Of a stretch of 64,000 nucleotides of DNA, positions 52,301 through 61,019 are shown piece by piece. The notes below the pieces were generated by a model, which saw only the letters and a program-made list of their open reading frames with translations, did no database searches and had not been told where the DNA came from. The position numbers were made by a program, and so were the translations under genes. Source of the stretch: Alphaproteobacteria bacterium (GTDB lineage: Bacteria > Pseudomonadota > Alphaproteobacteria > GM7ARS4 > CBDIDI01). Position 1 is the stretch's first letter. Each line of letters starts with the position of its first letter. The DNA lies in the NCBI GenBank assembly GCA_965277685.1, contig OZ255830.1, positions 1,553,650 to 1,617,649 of the forward strand, in the 5' to 3' direction.

Positions 52301-52511
52301 CATTCAATTCCTGTTCCATGACTTTAACCAAAAGACGCTCGGCATCTTGGGGGGATATGCCTTCGTGGCGCATGGATACATAGATGATCGGAATTTGGAC
52401 ATCGGGCGCCGCTTCGCGCGCGATGGTGGTGTAAGATACGCTTCCGGCGACAAGGATAAAGGCCAGGGTGACAAAAATCGCCCGGGCGTGGCGGATGGCA
52501 ATATCAATCAT
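49395..52511 (-). CDS. RND efflux transporter permease subunit (AcrB/AcrD/AcrF family)
   Basis: REAAPDVQIP, GMLVDGVIVIVED, GIVVNNNIILID, RVRPVLLT; ~1040 aa. Confidence 0.93.
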   Translation of the reverse strand: MIDIAIRHARAIFVTLAFILVAGSVSYTTIAREAAPDVQIPIIYVSMRHEGISPQDAERLLVKVMEQELNAIEGVREMTAAAYEGGGYVLLEFDAGFNPDSALNDVRAAVDLARGELPEDTDDPIVKEINISLFPILVVTLSGDLPERQLLQFGRSLSEKIKTLPSVLKADITGERDEELRIVIDPLRVQEYGLTAPNIVAMIRRNNVLVAAGTIENDQGRFAVKLPGLVENAEDLRNFPLLAHDQAVVRVSDIASLEKGFKDPTSFARLRGQNTIAIEVSKRVGENIIKTIDHVRQLVVEESRSWPPSVQVGFSQDQGKNIETMVSDLQNSIILAVLLVMIVVIWSIGWRSGFLVAIAIPGSFLSGILVLDMMGLTINIVVLFSLILTVGMLVDGVIVIVEDADRQMNTGHRRMQSYAGASKRMAPPVAISTLTTLVAFMPLLFWPGTVGQFMQYMPITMIAVLSASLLMALFFIPVLGCYIGRPSILSRDGQRFINAGESGNFQHLGRGGSLYLSILRLCLRHPPVVIGTSLASLVVVFVAYGVFGQGISFFPDVEPDNVIVEVRARGNLSIYEKDAILSDVESKILDMPEITTIYTRVGKKRDARQDSEDTIGSVLLEFSPWQDRRPVSQILDVVQERLDRIAGIKTSIREKEAGPPVGKDIQIQIGSRDYATALAAARQITEKMAQSPDYINIEDGLPIPEIEWQFSVDRAEAARYGADAALIGQALHLITKGMKLTDYRPDNSFDEIDVVVRFPEKYRRIKEFDRIRIETEKGSVPISNFVHRQAKPQTGTLHRADRVRVVTVKADIRKGVLVNDKVRDLHQWMDATGVDDRVNITFKGEDEEQKKAQAFLSKAFLTAFFMIAIILIARFNSFYQALLICSSVVMSTIGVLLGLMITGQPFDIIMCGIGVIALAGIVVNNNIILIDTWNRIKKDNPPRTIADARTLVLRTGMQRVRPVLLTTITTIIGLAPMVFGINIDFINRNVMVGGASVQWWQSLSSTISFGLAFATILTLVVTPSALMYAEQRRIRKLA

Positions 52512-53674
52512 CGGTCGGTTGGCGGCGATCCTTGGCGATCTTCCGGCCCGTTCCCAGGTTCGGCAAATGGATCGCGATCGGGAATATTTGTCGGTTCCGC
52601 ATTTATGCGGTAGCGCACTTGTTGCCCGGGTCGGACAAAGGCCTGTCCACGGGTGATGATCATCCCGCTTTCGGGAAGTCCCCGCACCCACAGACCCCAT
52701 TGATCCTGGCCGATGGTCGTGACGGGATGAAAGACGACCCGGTCGTTGGAATCGATCAATTTGACCCCGAGATTGCCCGAATCGCTTAAGGTCAAGGTCG
52801 ATGGACTGATGCGATACGCGCGTATCGGTGCCAACATGACGCGGATTTCGCTTGATAGTCCGGCCCGTATTTTCTCGTCCGGATTGGGAACGGTGATTTC
52901 GATGGCGAATGTGCGGGTTTTATCTTGGGCCACTTTGTCGATAAAGGTGATGATGCCGGTGCCGGAGACGGTACCGGCAATGGTATCGGCAAAGCGCATC
53001 GTTGCTTCTTGGCCGATTTCAAGCAAATTGACATCGTCTTCATTGACATCGGCCTTGATCAGCAAGGGATCAAGATCGACAATATGGGCCATCGCATCGC
53101 CGACTTTCAGATAATCGCCAACTTCAATATCCCGCCGATTTAAAATTCCGTTAAAGGGAGAACGAATCCGGGTATGCGCGATATCGAGCTGAATAAGGGC
53201 TTTGGCCGCTTCGGCCGCCCGCATGCGCGCCTTGGCTTCGGTCAGTTTCAGATACGAACGAAAGCCTTTTTTCTCGAGGTTTTGGGCCGCTTCATATTCT
53301 GCCTTGCGTTGGGCAAGAAGGGCATTGGCCTGTTCCAGTCGGGCCGGGCGATCATCCTCGGCAAAGGTGGCAATGATCTGTCCCTTTTTGACGGCACTTC
53401 CACGATCACGTTCGATCGTGGCAATGGTTCCGGCCGTGCGCGCCCGTATGTTAACCTCTCGGAAGGTGGCGCTGCGCCCACGTAAAAGCAGTTCTCTGCG
53501 ATAATCGACACCGGTGAAGATCTGTGCGTCAACATAGGGCAGTGCCGCTTTATCGGCCGCTACCGGACGCGCCGGCGCCGGGTCGTTGAACACCATGCCC
53601 GATCCGACCCAAAGCCCGGCAACGGCAAGGGTGATCAGCGCAATCACGCGCGAGGAAAGGGGGAAAAAAGACAT
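52508..53674 (-). CDS. RND efflux periplasmic adaptor (membrane fusion protein)
   Basis: N-terminal TM; IRARTAG; IRSPFNG; KTRTF; GQAFVRPG. Start uncertain (53674 or 53692). Confidence 0.92.
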   Translation of the reverse strand: MSFFPLSSRVIALITLAVAGLWVGSGMVFNDPAPARPVAADKAALPYVDAQIFTGVDYRRELLLRGRSATFREVNIRARTAGTIATIERDRGSAVKKGQIIATFAEDDRPARLEQANALLAQRKAEYEAAQNLEKKGFRSYLKLTEAKARMRAAEAAKALIQLDIAHTRIRSPFNGILNRRDIEVGDYLKVGDAMAHIVDLDPLLIKADVNEDDVNLLEIGQEATMRFADTIAGTVSGTGIITFIDKVAQDKTRTFAIEITVPNPDEKIRAGLSSEIRVMLAPIRAYRISPSTLTLSDSGNLGVKLIDSNDRVVFHPVTTIGQDQWGLWVRGLPESGMIITRGQAFVRPGQQVRYRINAEPTNIPDRDPFAEPGNGPEDRQGSPPTDR

Positions 53675-53793
53675 GGCGGCAGACGATTTCACGCGTAACC
53701 GGGGTCAAGGCAAAGAATTCCTTTGCCGATGCAATAAAAGCGGATTTTCATCACGGGTTTTTATATAAGTGCCGTTTTATCGATCATTGCATG

Positions 53794-54627
53794 TTATTTG
53801 CGTTTTATCCGAATCTCAAAGGGCGGTGCGTCGCCACCGACACCCTTTAGCAGCGATGGATTTTGCGCCATTAGTTTTTCTTTTATCGCGGCGATTGCGG
53901 CGGGATTGCGGGCCTTGCCGCGCTTTAGGGGAACGCCATAGTCCAAGGTGATGCGGGTCGGCGAAGGGCGAAGAAAAAGAATCCGATCGGCAAGGAACAA
54001 CGCCTCATTCAAATCATGGGTGACAAAGATGATGGTGGCTTTGGCCTGTCGCCACCGGTCAAGAAGAAGATCACGCAAACTATAGGCGAGGGGCTCGTCG
54101 AGGGAGGTGAAAGGTTCATCGAGAAGAAGCAGTGACGGGGCATTCACGAAAGCCCGGGCAAGGGCCACCCGGCGTTGCATGCCGCCGGAAAGCTGGCGGG
54201 GGAACAGATCCCATTTCCCGTCCAGCCCGACTTGGCTAAGAAGGGTGATGGCAAAATCGCGCTTTTGCCGCCATGTCTTGCCGGTGGCCAGCAGGACGTT
54301 ATCAAGACCGTTAAGCCATGGCATAAGGCGCGGCGTTTGAAACATATAGCCGATATGGTGGGGCGTTTGCTTACCTTTCTCGGTAGGGCCTTTTCCGATA
54401 GGGGCTTTTCCGATAGGGGCCACCCGTGCCGGAGGGGTGATGGCGACATGGCATTGTGGCGTGCGGGGCTTTTCCAATCCACAAATCAAATTCAGCAACG
54501 TCGTCTTGCCACAGCCGGAAGGGCCGACGATACAGGTAAAACTGCCCTTGCGCAGGCGAAAATGGAGGTTGCGAATAACCGGTGCTTGGCCTTCCTCGAA
54601 AGCAAAATGATCGATGGCAATCTTCAT
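53794..54627 (-). CDS. NitT/TauT-family ABC transporter ATP-binding protein
   Basis: GPSGCGKT, LSGGMQRR, LLLDEPF, FVTHD. Confidence 0.93.
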   Translation of the reverse strand: MKIAIDHFAFEEGQAPVIRNLHFRLRKGSFTCIVGPSGCGKTTLLNLICGLEKPRTPQCHVAITPPARVAPIGKAPIGKGPTEKGKQTPHHIGYMFQTPRLMPWLNGLDNVLLATGKTWRQKRDFAITLLSQVGLDGKWDLFPRQLSGGMQRRVALARAFVNAPSLLLLDEPFTSLDEPLAYSLRDLLLDRWRQAKATIIFVTHDLNEALFLADRILFLRPSPTRITLDYGVPLKRGKARNPAAIAAIKEKLMAQNPSLLKGVGGDAPPFEIRIKRK

Positions 54628-55403
54628 CCGCGCCACCGATTCAACCATTTCTCAAGCGGTCTTAAGCCAAAAATCTCAAGGGAAAGGATGATCGCGATAA
54701 AAGCGAAGGTATAGGCAAGGATGGAAGAAATATCAAAGAACTGGAAGAAAAGATGCAACTGGAATCCAACCCCGTCACTGCGGCCGAGCAATTCAACGAC
54801 CAGGACGATTTTCCAAATCAAGGATAAGCCCGATCGTGATGCCGACATGATATGCGGCAATAACTGGGGCAGAAACGTCTTGGTCATGGTCTGCCAACGC
54901 GACAGGTTATAGACCTGGGCCACTTGCAAAAGATCCTTGTTAACGGCTTTTGCCCCCTCGCGGATGATGACCGTAACCAGGGGTATTTTATTGATGGCAA
55001 CGGCGGCCAAGGCCGCAACTTCGTTCAATCCCATCCATATATAGCACAGGATGATAATCACCAACGCCGGTACGTTAAGCAGCAAGATCAGCAAATCATC
55101 GAACATTGCATTGACGTTGCGATGGCGCCCCATGGCGATGCCGATGCCGATGCCGACCAGCATGGCAATCAGGAAAGACAGGGCAACGCGGCGCAGGGTA
55201 ATGCCCATATCGATCAGAAGATCCCCCTGTTGCCAGTGGTCATTCAAGCTGGATAAGACGGCAAGGGGGGTTGGAAACAGCGGCGATTGGATGATTTGCG
55301 CGGCTATTCCCCAAAAGAGAAAAAATCCGACCATCGTCATACAGCGCAAGGATGCGTCTTGATGCTTTTGAAAAAATTCAATGATATGGGAGGATAAATG
55401 CAC
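54624..55403 (-). CDS. NitT/TauT-family ABC transporter permease
   Basis: Multi-TM; ITLRRVAL; WKIVLVVELLGRSDGVGF. Confidence 0.92.
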   Translation of the reverse strand: MHLSSHIIEFFQKHQDASLRCMTMVGFFLFWGIAAQIIQSPLFPTPLAVLSSLNDHWQQGDLLIDMGITLRRVALSFLIAMLVGIGIGIAMGRHRNVNAMFDDLLILLLNVPALVIIILCYIWMGLNEVAALAAVAINKIPLVTVIIREGAKAVNKDLLQVAQVYNLSRWQTMTKTFLPQLLPHIMSASRSGLSLIWKIVLVVELLGRSDGVGFQLHLFFQFFDISSILAYTFAFIAIILSLEIFGLRPLEKWLNRWRG

Positions 55404-55409
55404 GAGCTA

Positions 55410-56432
55410 TTATTGGGGTTGTTCACCCTTATCGATGGATGCCGGCCAGAAGGTGCCGGAAACAAGGGTTGGACTGTTGCCGATTAGGGCACGGCCGCCC
55501 ACGTTTCCTAAAATGGCGTATAATGCGCGGGCCGAGGCGACTTGCTCCGACGAAAAGGGGCCGGGAATACCGGCACGATAGGCATCGCGCAGTGGGATAA
55601 GGGCAGCTCGATCGCGATCGAGCATGACATCGGCGGCCAGGCGATCCCACTCTGCATCGGATTGGGCCATGATTTGAGCCGCCTCGCGCGAAGCGGCAAG
55701 GAAAGCGGCCATGGCCCGGGATTGGCGATCGGCCCATTGGTCGCTAAAGACCCAGCCATTGATCGGAATATCGGGCGATATTTCCATCTTCTCAAGCATG
55801 CGATGGACACTGAGGATCTGTTTGGCGCCGCTGCCGCGCAGGCGGGCGCCGTAATGCCAGAAGGTTAAAATGGCATCAAGATCGCCTTTGTCGAACAACC
55901 GGCTTAACAACGGCGGTGCCCCATAAATGGCATCATTGTCGGCACTGACATCGTGCTTGTCGGTCAATTTCGTATAGGCTTGAAGGATCAACCAACTTTT
56001 ATCGATTTTCCCACCGGCAATCCCGATTTTCTTACCGACCAGATCATCCACGTCCAGAATCCGGGAATCCTTCGGCACGATGATGCCACCGGCGGCGCTT
56101 GAATAGGGGGCAAAGGTATAATCTTTGCCCATCGCGCGCTGACGCGATACCCAAAACCAGTCGCTGACCATGACATCGACTCCCCCGCCCTGAATGGCGA
56201 CGGCGGCGGCATTCTTGCTTGCAAGGGGGACAACCTCAACGACGATCGATCGTTTTCGGTCAAGCCCGTGATGGCGAATGACATCCAATTGCCAGTTGAC
56301 CGTGCCGAATTTCAATGCCCCGACACGGATGGTCGTTGGCGTATCACCGGCCATGGCCGTTCCGGAAAAAAGAGTCCCGAAGAGAGTGGAAAAAAGAAGG
56401 ACAAAAACGAACGGAACAAAGCGGGGGAACAT
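55410..56432 (-). CDS. NitT/TauT-family ABC substrate-binding protein
   Basis: Signal peptide ending TAMA, then IRVGALKFGTVNWQLD, VSDWFWV, GIAGGKIDKSWL. Start ambiguous because of upstream in-frame repeats. Confidence 0.85.
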   Translation of the reverse strand: MFPRFVPFVFVLLFSTLFGTLFSGTAMAGDTPTTIRVGALKFGTVNWQLDVIRHHGLDRKRSIVVEVVPLASKNAAAVAIQGGGVDVMVSDWFWVSRQRAMGKDYTFAPYSSAAGGIIVPKDSRILDVDDLVGKKIGIAGGKIDKSWLILQAYTKLTDKHDVSADNDAIYGAPPLLSRLFDKGDLDAILTFWHYGARLRGSGAKQILSVHRMLEKMEISPDIPINGWVFSDQWADRQSRAMAAFLAASREAAQIMAQSDAEWDRLAADVMLDRDRAALIPLRDAYRAGIPGPFSSEQVASARALYAILGNVGGRALIGNSPTLVSGTFWPASIDKGEQPQ

Positions 56433-56454
56433 CGATCCGGTGACGATCAAACCG

Positions 56455-56765
56455 CCCCGCATCATGCTCCCAATCGGGTTTGGAAAAATCGATGTGCGGC
56501 GCCCGCGCGCCATACCCCGAAGAGTCATGCCCCGCATCATGCTCCCAATCGGGTTTGGAAAAATCGATGTGCGGCACCCGCGCGCCATACCCCGAAGAGT
56601 CATGCCCCGCATCATGCTCCCAATCGGGTTTGGAAAAATCGATGTGCGGCACCCGCGCGCCATACCCCGAAGAGTCATGCCCCGCATCATGCTCCCAATC
56701 GGGTTTGGAAAAATCGATGTGCGGCACCCGCGCGCCATACCCCGAAGAGTCATGCCCCGCATCAT
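56455..56765. repeat. 75-bp near-perfect tandem repeat, ~4.1 copies
   Basis: CCCCGCATCAT recurs at 56455, 56530, 56605, 56680 and 56755. Confidence 0.95.
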
Positions 56766-57085
56766 TTTAGGAATATATTCAAATGGGCGAGAAAATAGGC
56801 CGGCAAGGCCCAATAACTGGCGTAAACGCCCACCGCTTTGACCACCCCGATCCGGGGCATCGTGATGAAATCGGGATCGGGGCGCCGGCATCGGTGCGAA
56901 ACCTGGTTCGAATGGGGGCGTGGGGTGGGTTTTTGCAAAAAGCATATATGGGGTGTGCCTATGGGTTTTTCTTGGGGCCGCGATTCGAAAATTCGACGAA
57001 TACTTTAACTTTAATCCGGCGACGATGTATCTACAATAGGGTGATGTCGCTGAAGACGATATGAACAATAAAGGCCAATCATGAT

Positions 57086-57508
57086 ATGACGCTTGTTTTC
57101 GACATGTTGGGATTAAAATGTCCATTGCCGGTTCTTAAGACGAATCGGCGTCTGCGCCATCTGGGTAAGGGCGTTATGGTCACGATATTATCCGATGATC
57201 CAAAAGCGGCCGATGATTTTCGCCATTATTGCGATCAACGCGGCCATGATTTGATTTCTTGCGAGGAAAAAGGCCCGGTGATCCGCGTTACCCTGCGCAC
57301 GCGCGGTGCGGCCGGCGATGCATCCAAATCGGGTGAATCCGGCCCGGCGGGCGATGTATCTAAATCGGGTGGGCCCGGCCCGGCCGGCGATGTATCCAAA
57401 TCGGGTGGCCCCGGCCCTTCCGGCGATGCATCCAAATCGGGTCGCCCCGACCCGGCCGGCGATGTATCCAAATCGGGTGGCCCCGGCCCGGCCGGGGGGC
57501 GGCGGTGA
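57086..57508 (+). CDS. tusA: TusA-family sulfurtransferase with a 36-bp x5 repeat tail
   Basis: DMLGLKCPLPVLK (CPxP), SDDPKA; tail (GDVSKSGGPGPA)5; GTGA overlap with cbiD. Confidence 0.8.
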   Translation: MTLVFDMLGLKCPLPVLKTNRRLRHLGKGVMVTILSDDPKAADDFRHYCDQRGHDLISCEEKGPVIRVTLRTRGAAGDASKSGESGPAGDVSKSGGPGPAGDVSKSGGPGPSGDASKSGRPDPAGDVSKSGGPGPAGGRR

Positions 57509-58884
57509 CGGCAAAGAATCTGCGCCGGGGGTGGACAACCGGTATTTGCGCGGCGGCGGCGGCCAAAGCGGCGTGGGGGGCCTTGTGCGGCGGCAGTTTT
57601 CAAGATCCGGTGGCGGTTTCTTTGCCACGCCGAGGCCGATCCGGAAATAAGCATCCGGGTCAATATGGGGACATCGAGAGGGGCAAGGTTTCCTTTCCCC
57701 TCTCGCAACGGCAAGTGGGGAACGATTGGGCCAAAGCGGCAGTGATCAAGGATGCCGGTGATGATCCGGACGTCACCCATGGGGTGGCGGTGGTGGTCAC
57801 GGTGCGGCGATTGGCGCCGGGAAGCGGTGTGGTCTTTCGTGCCGGCGACGGTGTTGGGATTGTCTCGCGGCCGGGATTGCCTGTTGCGGTCGGCGAGGCG
57901 GCGATTAATCCCGGGCCACGGCAGATGATCCGCGAGGGTTTGGCCGATGTATCGCGCCAATGGGCGGTGCCTTGCGACGTGGCGGTGGAAATATCCATTC
58001 CCGGCGGGGAACGATTGGCGGAAAAAACGTGGAATCCGCGCCTTGGCGTGCGCGGGGGATTATCCATTCTCGGGACAACCGGAATTGTCGAGCCGTATTC
58101 ATGCTCGGCCTGGATTCACGCGATTCGCAGTGGAATTAGTGTCGCCCTGGCCGCCGGTCGCCGTCATCTGATCGGTGCTACCGGCAGGACTTCGGAAGGG
58201 ATGGCCCGCCGTTTATATCCCCTTGATGAAGATGCCTTTATCGATATGGGCGATTTTGCCGGGGCCATGCTGAAATATGTGCGGGGAAAAGATATCGATC
58301 GGATTACGATTGTCGGGGGCTTTGCCAAAATATGCAAATTGGCGCAGGGGGCAAAAGACCTTCATTCCGGGCGCAGCCAGGTCGATTTTTCTTTTCTGTC
58401 CCAAAGGCTGGAACGCCTTGGTGGCGATCGCAAGATGTGCCGTGAGGTCTCCCGTGAGGTATCCGCGCTTGCCGTGTGGCAGCGTCTTGTCGATCTTCCG
58501 GACGGCGGTCGATATTCTTTGGCCCAGGGTCTGTCACGGAATTTGGCACGAAGTTTGGCCGATGATCTTGCATCGCTCGCCGCAGTCAAGGCAAAAGGCT
58601 TTCTTGACGATGATCGGATAACCCTTGATGTGGCCATCTGTGACCGGCGCGGGGAGCGCATCGGATGCGGCGCTTTCACACCGACCCCGACAGCGGAGGC
58701 AGCACCGAAAATCGGACCGGAACCCCCATCCGCTACCAAGCCGAATTCCACGTCACGTTCATCCACATCGGGCGCATCCATATCGGGTTCATCCACGTCA
58801 CGTTCAAGGGTGCATCCAACGTCCGATGGTCCCCGCGACGTTGCCCGTGCATCATTACGCGCACCATTAAAGGCGGAACGATAA
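57505..58884 (+). CDS. cbiD: Cobalt-precorrin-5B C1-methyltransferase
   Basis: LRRGWTTGICAAAAAKAA, KDAGDDPDVTHG, AAINPGPR, NPRLGVRGGLSILGTTG, MGDF. Confidence 0.95.
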   Translation: MTAKNLRRGWTTGICAAAAAKAAWGALCGGSFQDPVAVSLPRRGRSGNKHPGQYGDIERGKVSFPLSQRQVGNDWAKAAVIKDAGDDPDVTHGVAVVVTVRRLAPGSGVVFRAGDGVGIVSRPGLPVAVGEAAINPGPRQMIREGLADVSRQWAVPCDVAVEISIPGGERLAEKTWNPRLGVRGGLSILGTTGIVEPYSCSAWIHAIRSGISVALAAGRRHLIGATGRTSEGMARRLYPLDEDAFIDMGDFAGAMLKYVRGKDIDRITIVGGFAKICKLAQGAKDLHSGRSQVDFSFLSQRLERLGGDRKMCREVSREVSALAVWQRLVDLPDGGRYSLAQGLSRNLARSLADDLASLAAVKAKGFLDDDRITLDVAICDRRGERIGCGAFTPTPTAEAAPKIGPEPPSATKPNSTSRSSTSGASISGSSTSRSRVHPTSDGPRDVARASLRAPLKAER

Positions 58885-58897
58885 TGGAGGCACGGTA

Positions 58898-59794
58898 ATG
58901 CCGCTTTCTTGCGATTGGCGTCGTATGGCCGATCGGGGTGGCAAGGGAAGTGCCGGATACCGTCTTTTGATTCTTGCCGGAAGCCACCAGGCCATTGACC
59001 TTGCCGAATCCTTGTCGGGTTTGCGATATGACGATCATCGGGCGATGGGACGCGTTTTCGATGATGATCCTTATCCAAGCCGGAACGGTGGGCGAATCAA
59101 GAGGGTGGTCTTTTCCTTGGCCGGTGTGTCCCGGCGCCCCCGTCTTCCGCGATCGATCGGGCAATCGATCGATAAGCAATCATCCCTGCACCGGGGTGGA
59201 TTTGGCGGGGTGTCGGGATTGGTGGATTATATCCGTCAAGAATCGATCGATTTGGTGGTGGATGCCACCCATCCCTTTGCCGTTCGAATGTCGCGCAATG
59301 CCCTTTGTGCCTGTGCGATGACCGATTGTCCGCGCTTGGTTTTTGATCGCCCGGAATGGCATCGGCGTTTGGGTGACGATTGGATATTGGCACCCGATAT
59401 CATCGATGCGGCCCGCATTACGCAAAGGATTGGCCAACCCCGCCGGGTACTCCTAACGGTTGGTAGCCGCGATTGGCGTTACTTTGCCGATAGTCCCCAT
59501 GATTTATTCGTGCGCGGCATTGAAAAGCCGGTCGATCTTCCCGCGCGGGCCCGTTTTATCGATTGCCGCCCGCCGCTGTCCCTTGAGGATGAAAAAGATC
59601 TTCTCGTCCGCCATAAGATCGATCTTGTCGTCAGTAAGAATAGTGGTGCCGACCAGGTGCGGGCAAAACTGGACGCGGCCCGCGCCGTATCGATTAAAGT
59701 CGTTATGATTGCGCGCCCGCCACCGCCGCCGGGGCCACGGGTTTATCACCTTGCCGCCGCCCATCGTTGGATAAAGGGGTGGATGGGGCAGTGA
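58898..59794 (+). CDS. cobK: (Cobalt-)precorrin-6A reductase
   Basis: LLILAGS, GGFGGVSGL, DATHPFA, VSKNSG, KLDAAR...VVMIARP. Confidence 0.92.
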   Translation: MPLSCDWRRMADRGGKGSAGYRLLILAGSHQAIDLAESLSGLRYDDHRAMGRVFDDDPYPSRNGGRIKRVVFSLAGVSRRPRLPRSIGQSIDKQSSLHRGGFGGVSGLVDYIRQESIDLVVDATHPFAVRMSRNALCACAMTDCPRLVFDRPEWHRRLGDDWILAPDIIDAARITQRIGQPRRVLLTVGSRDWRYFADSPHDLFVRGIEKPVDLPARARFIDCRPPLSLEDEKDLLVRHKIDLVVSKNSGADQVRAKLDAARAVSIKVVMIARPPPPPGPRVYHLAAAHRWIKGWMGQ

Positions 59795-59870
59795 ATCAAA
59801 ACCCGTATCCTTAAGCCCATATCCCTAAGAGGGTATCCCTAAAAAAATGAGGGAAGACGATCGATAACAC

Positions 59871-59886
59871 TGTTTCACGTGAAACA
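59871..59886. promoter_or_regulatory. parS: parS centromere-like site
   Basis: TGTTTCACGTGAAACA, an exact match to the widespread 16-bp parS palindrome, in the AT-rich gap between convergent genes. Confidence 0.85.
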
Positions 59887-59939
59887 TTTTGTTCTGTAAT
59901 CTGTCAAGTATTGTAAATAAGCCATTGATAATATGGCTT

Positions 59940-61019
59940 TTATTTTGCCCTGAACAAATGCCTATGAGTCTTGTCATAAAGGGCGCTTTCCAAATCGGGT
60001 GTGTTTTTCGCGGCGATGACATCACCGACGATAATCAAGGCGGTGCGGGTAATTTTTGCTTTTTTGACCTTCGCCGCGATGGTCGATAATGTCCCACGCA
60101 GGATCATTTCGTCATCATGACTGACCCGATAGGCGACAAGGCAAGGGGCATCCGCGCCGTAGTGGGGGGTAAGATCGGCGATAATCCGGCGGATGAAACG
60201 GATCGAAAGATGGATGATTAATGTCGCGCCGCTGGCCGCAAAGAGGTCGAGGCTCTCGCCCGGGCGCATCGGGGTTGCTTTTCCCGGGTAGCGGGTAAGG
60301 ATAACGCTTTGCGCACCCCCCGGCACGGTCCATTCCTGCTTTATACGGGCGGCGGTGGCACTGAAAGAAGGGATGCCGGGAACGATGTCATAGTCAATCG
60401 CCAGTTTATCAAGACGGCGCATTTGCTCGTGTATGGCACCATAGATTGACGGATCGCCGGAATGCAGGCGGACAATTTTTTGCCCGGCCGCATAGGCTTG
60501 CCGGATGTGGTCGATGATCGCGTCGAGGGTCAGAGACGCGCTGTTAATGGCGGTGGCATCGGTGTTGAGGTGGGCAAGAAGGCCTTTGGGAACCAATGAA
60601 CCGGCATACAGACACAGATCGCATTGGCGCAGGCGCGCATATCCGCGCAAAGAGATTAAATCGGCGGCACCGGGGCCGGCACCGATAAAGGATACGGGAA
60701 AGGATGGGGGCGCATTTTTTTCGCTTTCCTTAAGCGGCTCTTGCTTGGGATTCGCTTGTGTAAAGGGCGCGTGTTCGAGGGGCGCGGGAAAGGATGGGGG
60801 CGCATTGTTTTCGCTTTCCTTAAGCGGCTCTTGCTTGGGATTTTCTTGTGTAAAGGGCGCGTGTTCGGGGGGCGATGGTTTGAGGCGCGCGCGTTCGGGG
60901 GGCGATGGTTTGGGACTCGCGCGTTCCGATGGCGATGGCTTGGGACTCGCGCGTTCCGATGGCGATGGCTTGGGGCTCGCGCGTTCGGGGGGCGATGGCT
61001 TGGGGGGGATGTTACTCAC
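59940..61019 (-). CDS. cobM: Precorrin-4 C11-methyltransferase with a Pro-rich repeat N-terminal extension
   Basis: FIGAGPGAADLI, YAGSLV, RLHSGDPSIYGA, QSVILTR, HLSI, ESALY. Confidence 0.93.
   Translation of the reverse strand: MSNIPPKPSPPERASPKPSPSERASPKPSPSERASPKPSPPERARLKPSPPEHAPFTQENPKQEPLKESENNAPPSFPAPLEHAPFTQANPKQEPLKESEKNAPPSFPVSFIGAGPGAADLISLRGYARLRQCDLCLYAGSLVPKGLLAHLNTDATAINSASLTLDAIIDHIRQAYAAGQKIVRLHSGDPSIYGAIHEQMRRLDKLAIDYDIVPGIPSFSATAARIKQEWTVPGGAQSVILTRYPGKATPMRPGESLDLFAASGATLIIHLSIRFIRRIIADLTPHYGADAPCLVAYRVSHDDEMILRGTLSTIAAKVKKAKITRTALIIVGDVIAAKNTPDLESALYDKTHRHLFRAK

Noticed and set aside
56766-57085. Cobalamin riboswitch upstream of tusA-cbiD
   Set aside because: The conserved GGGAA...CCCGCAACTGT core was not found by eye on either strand.
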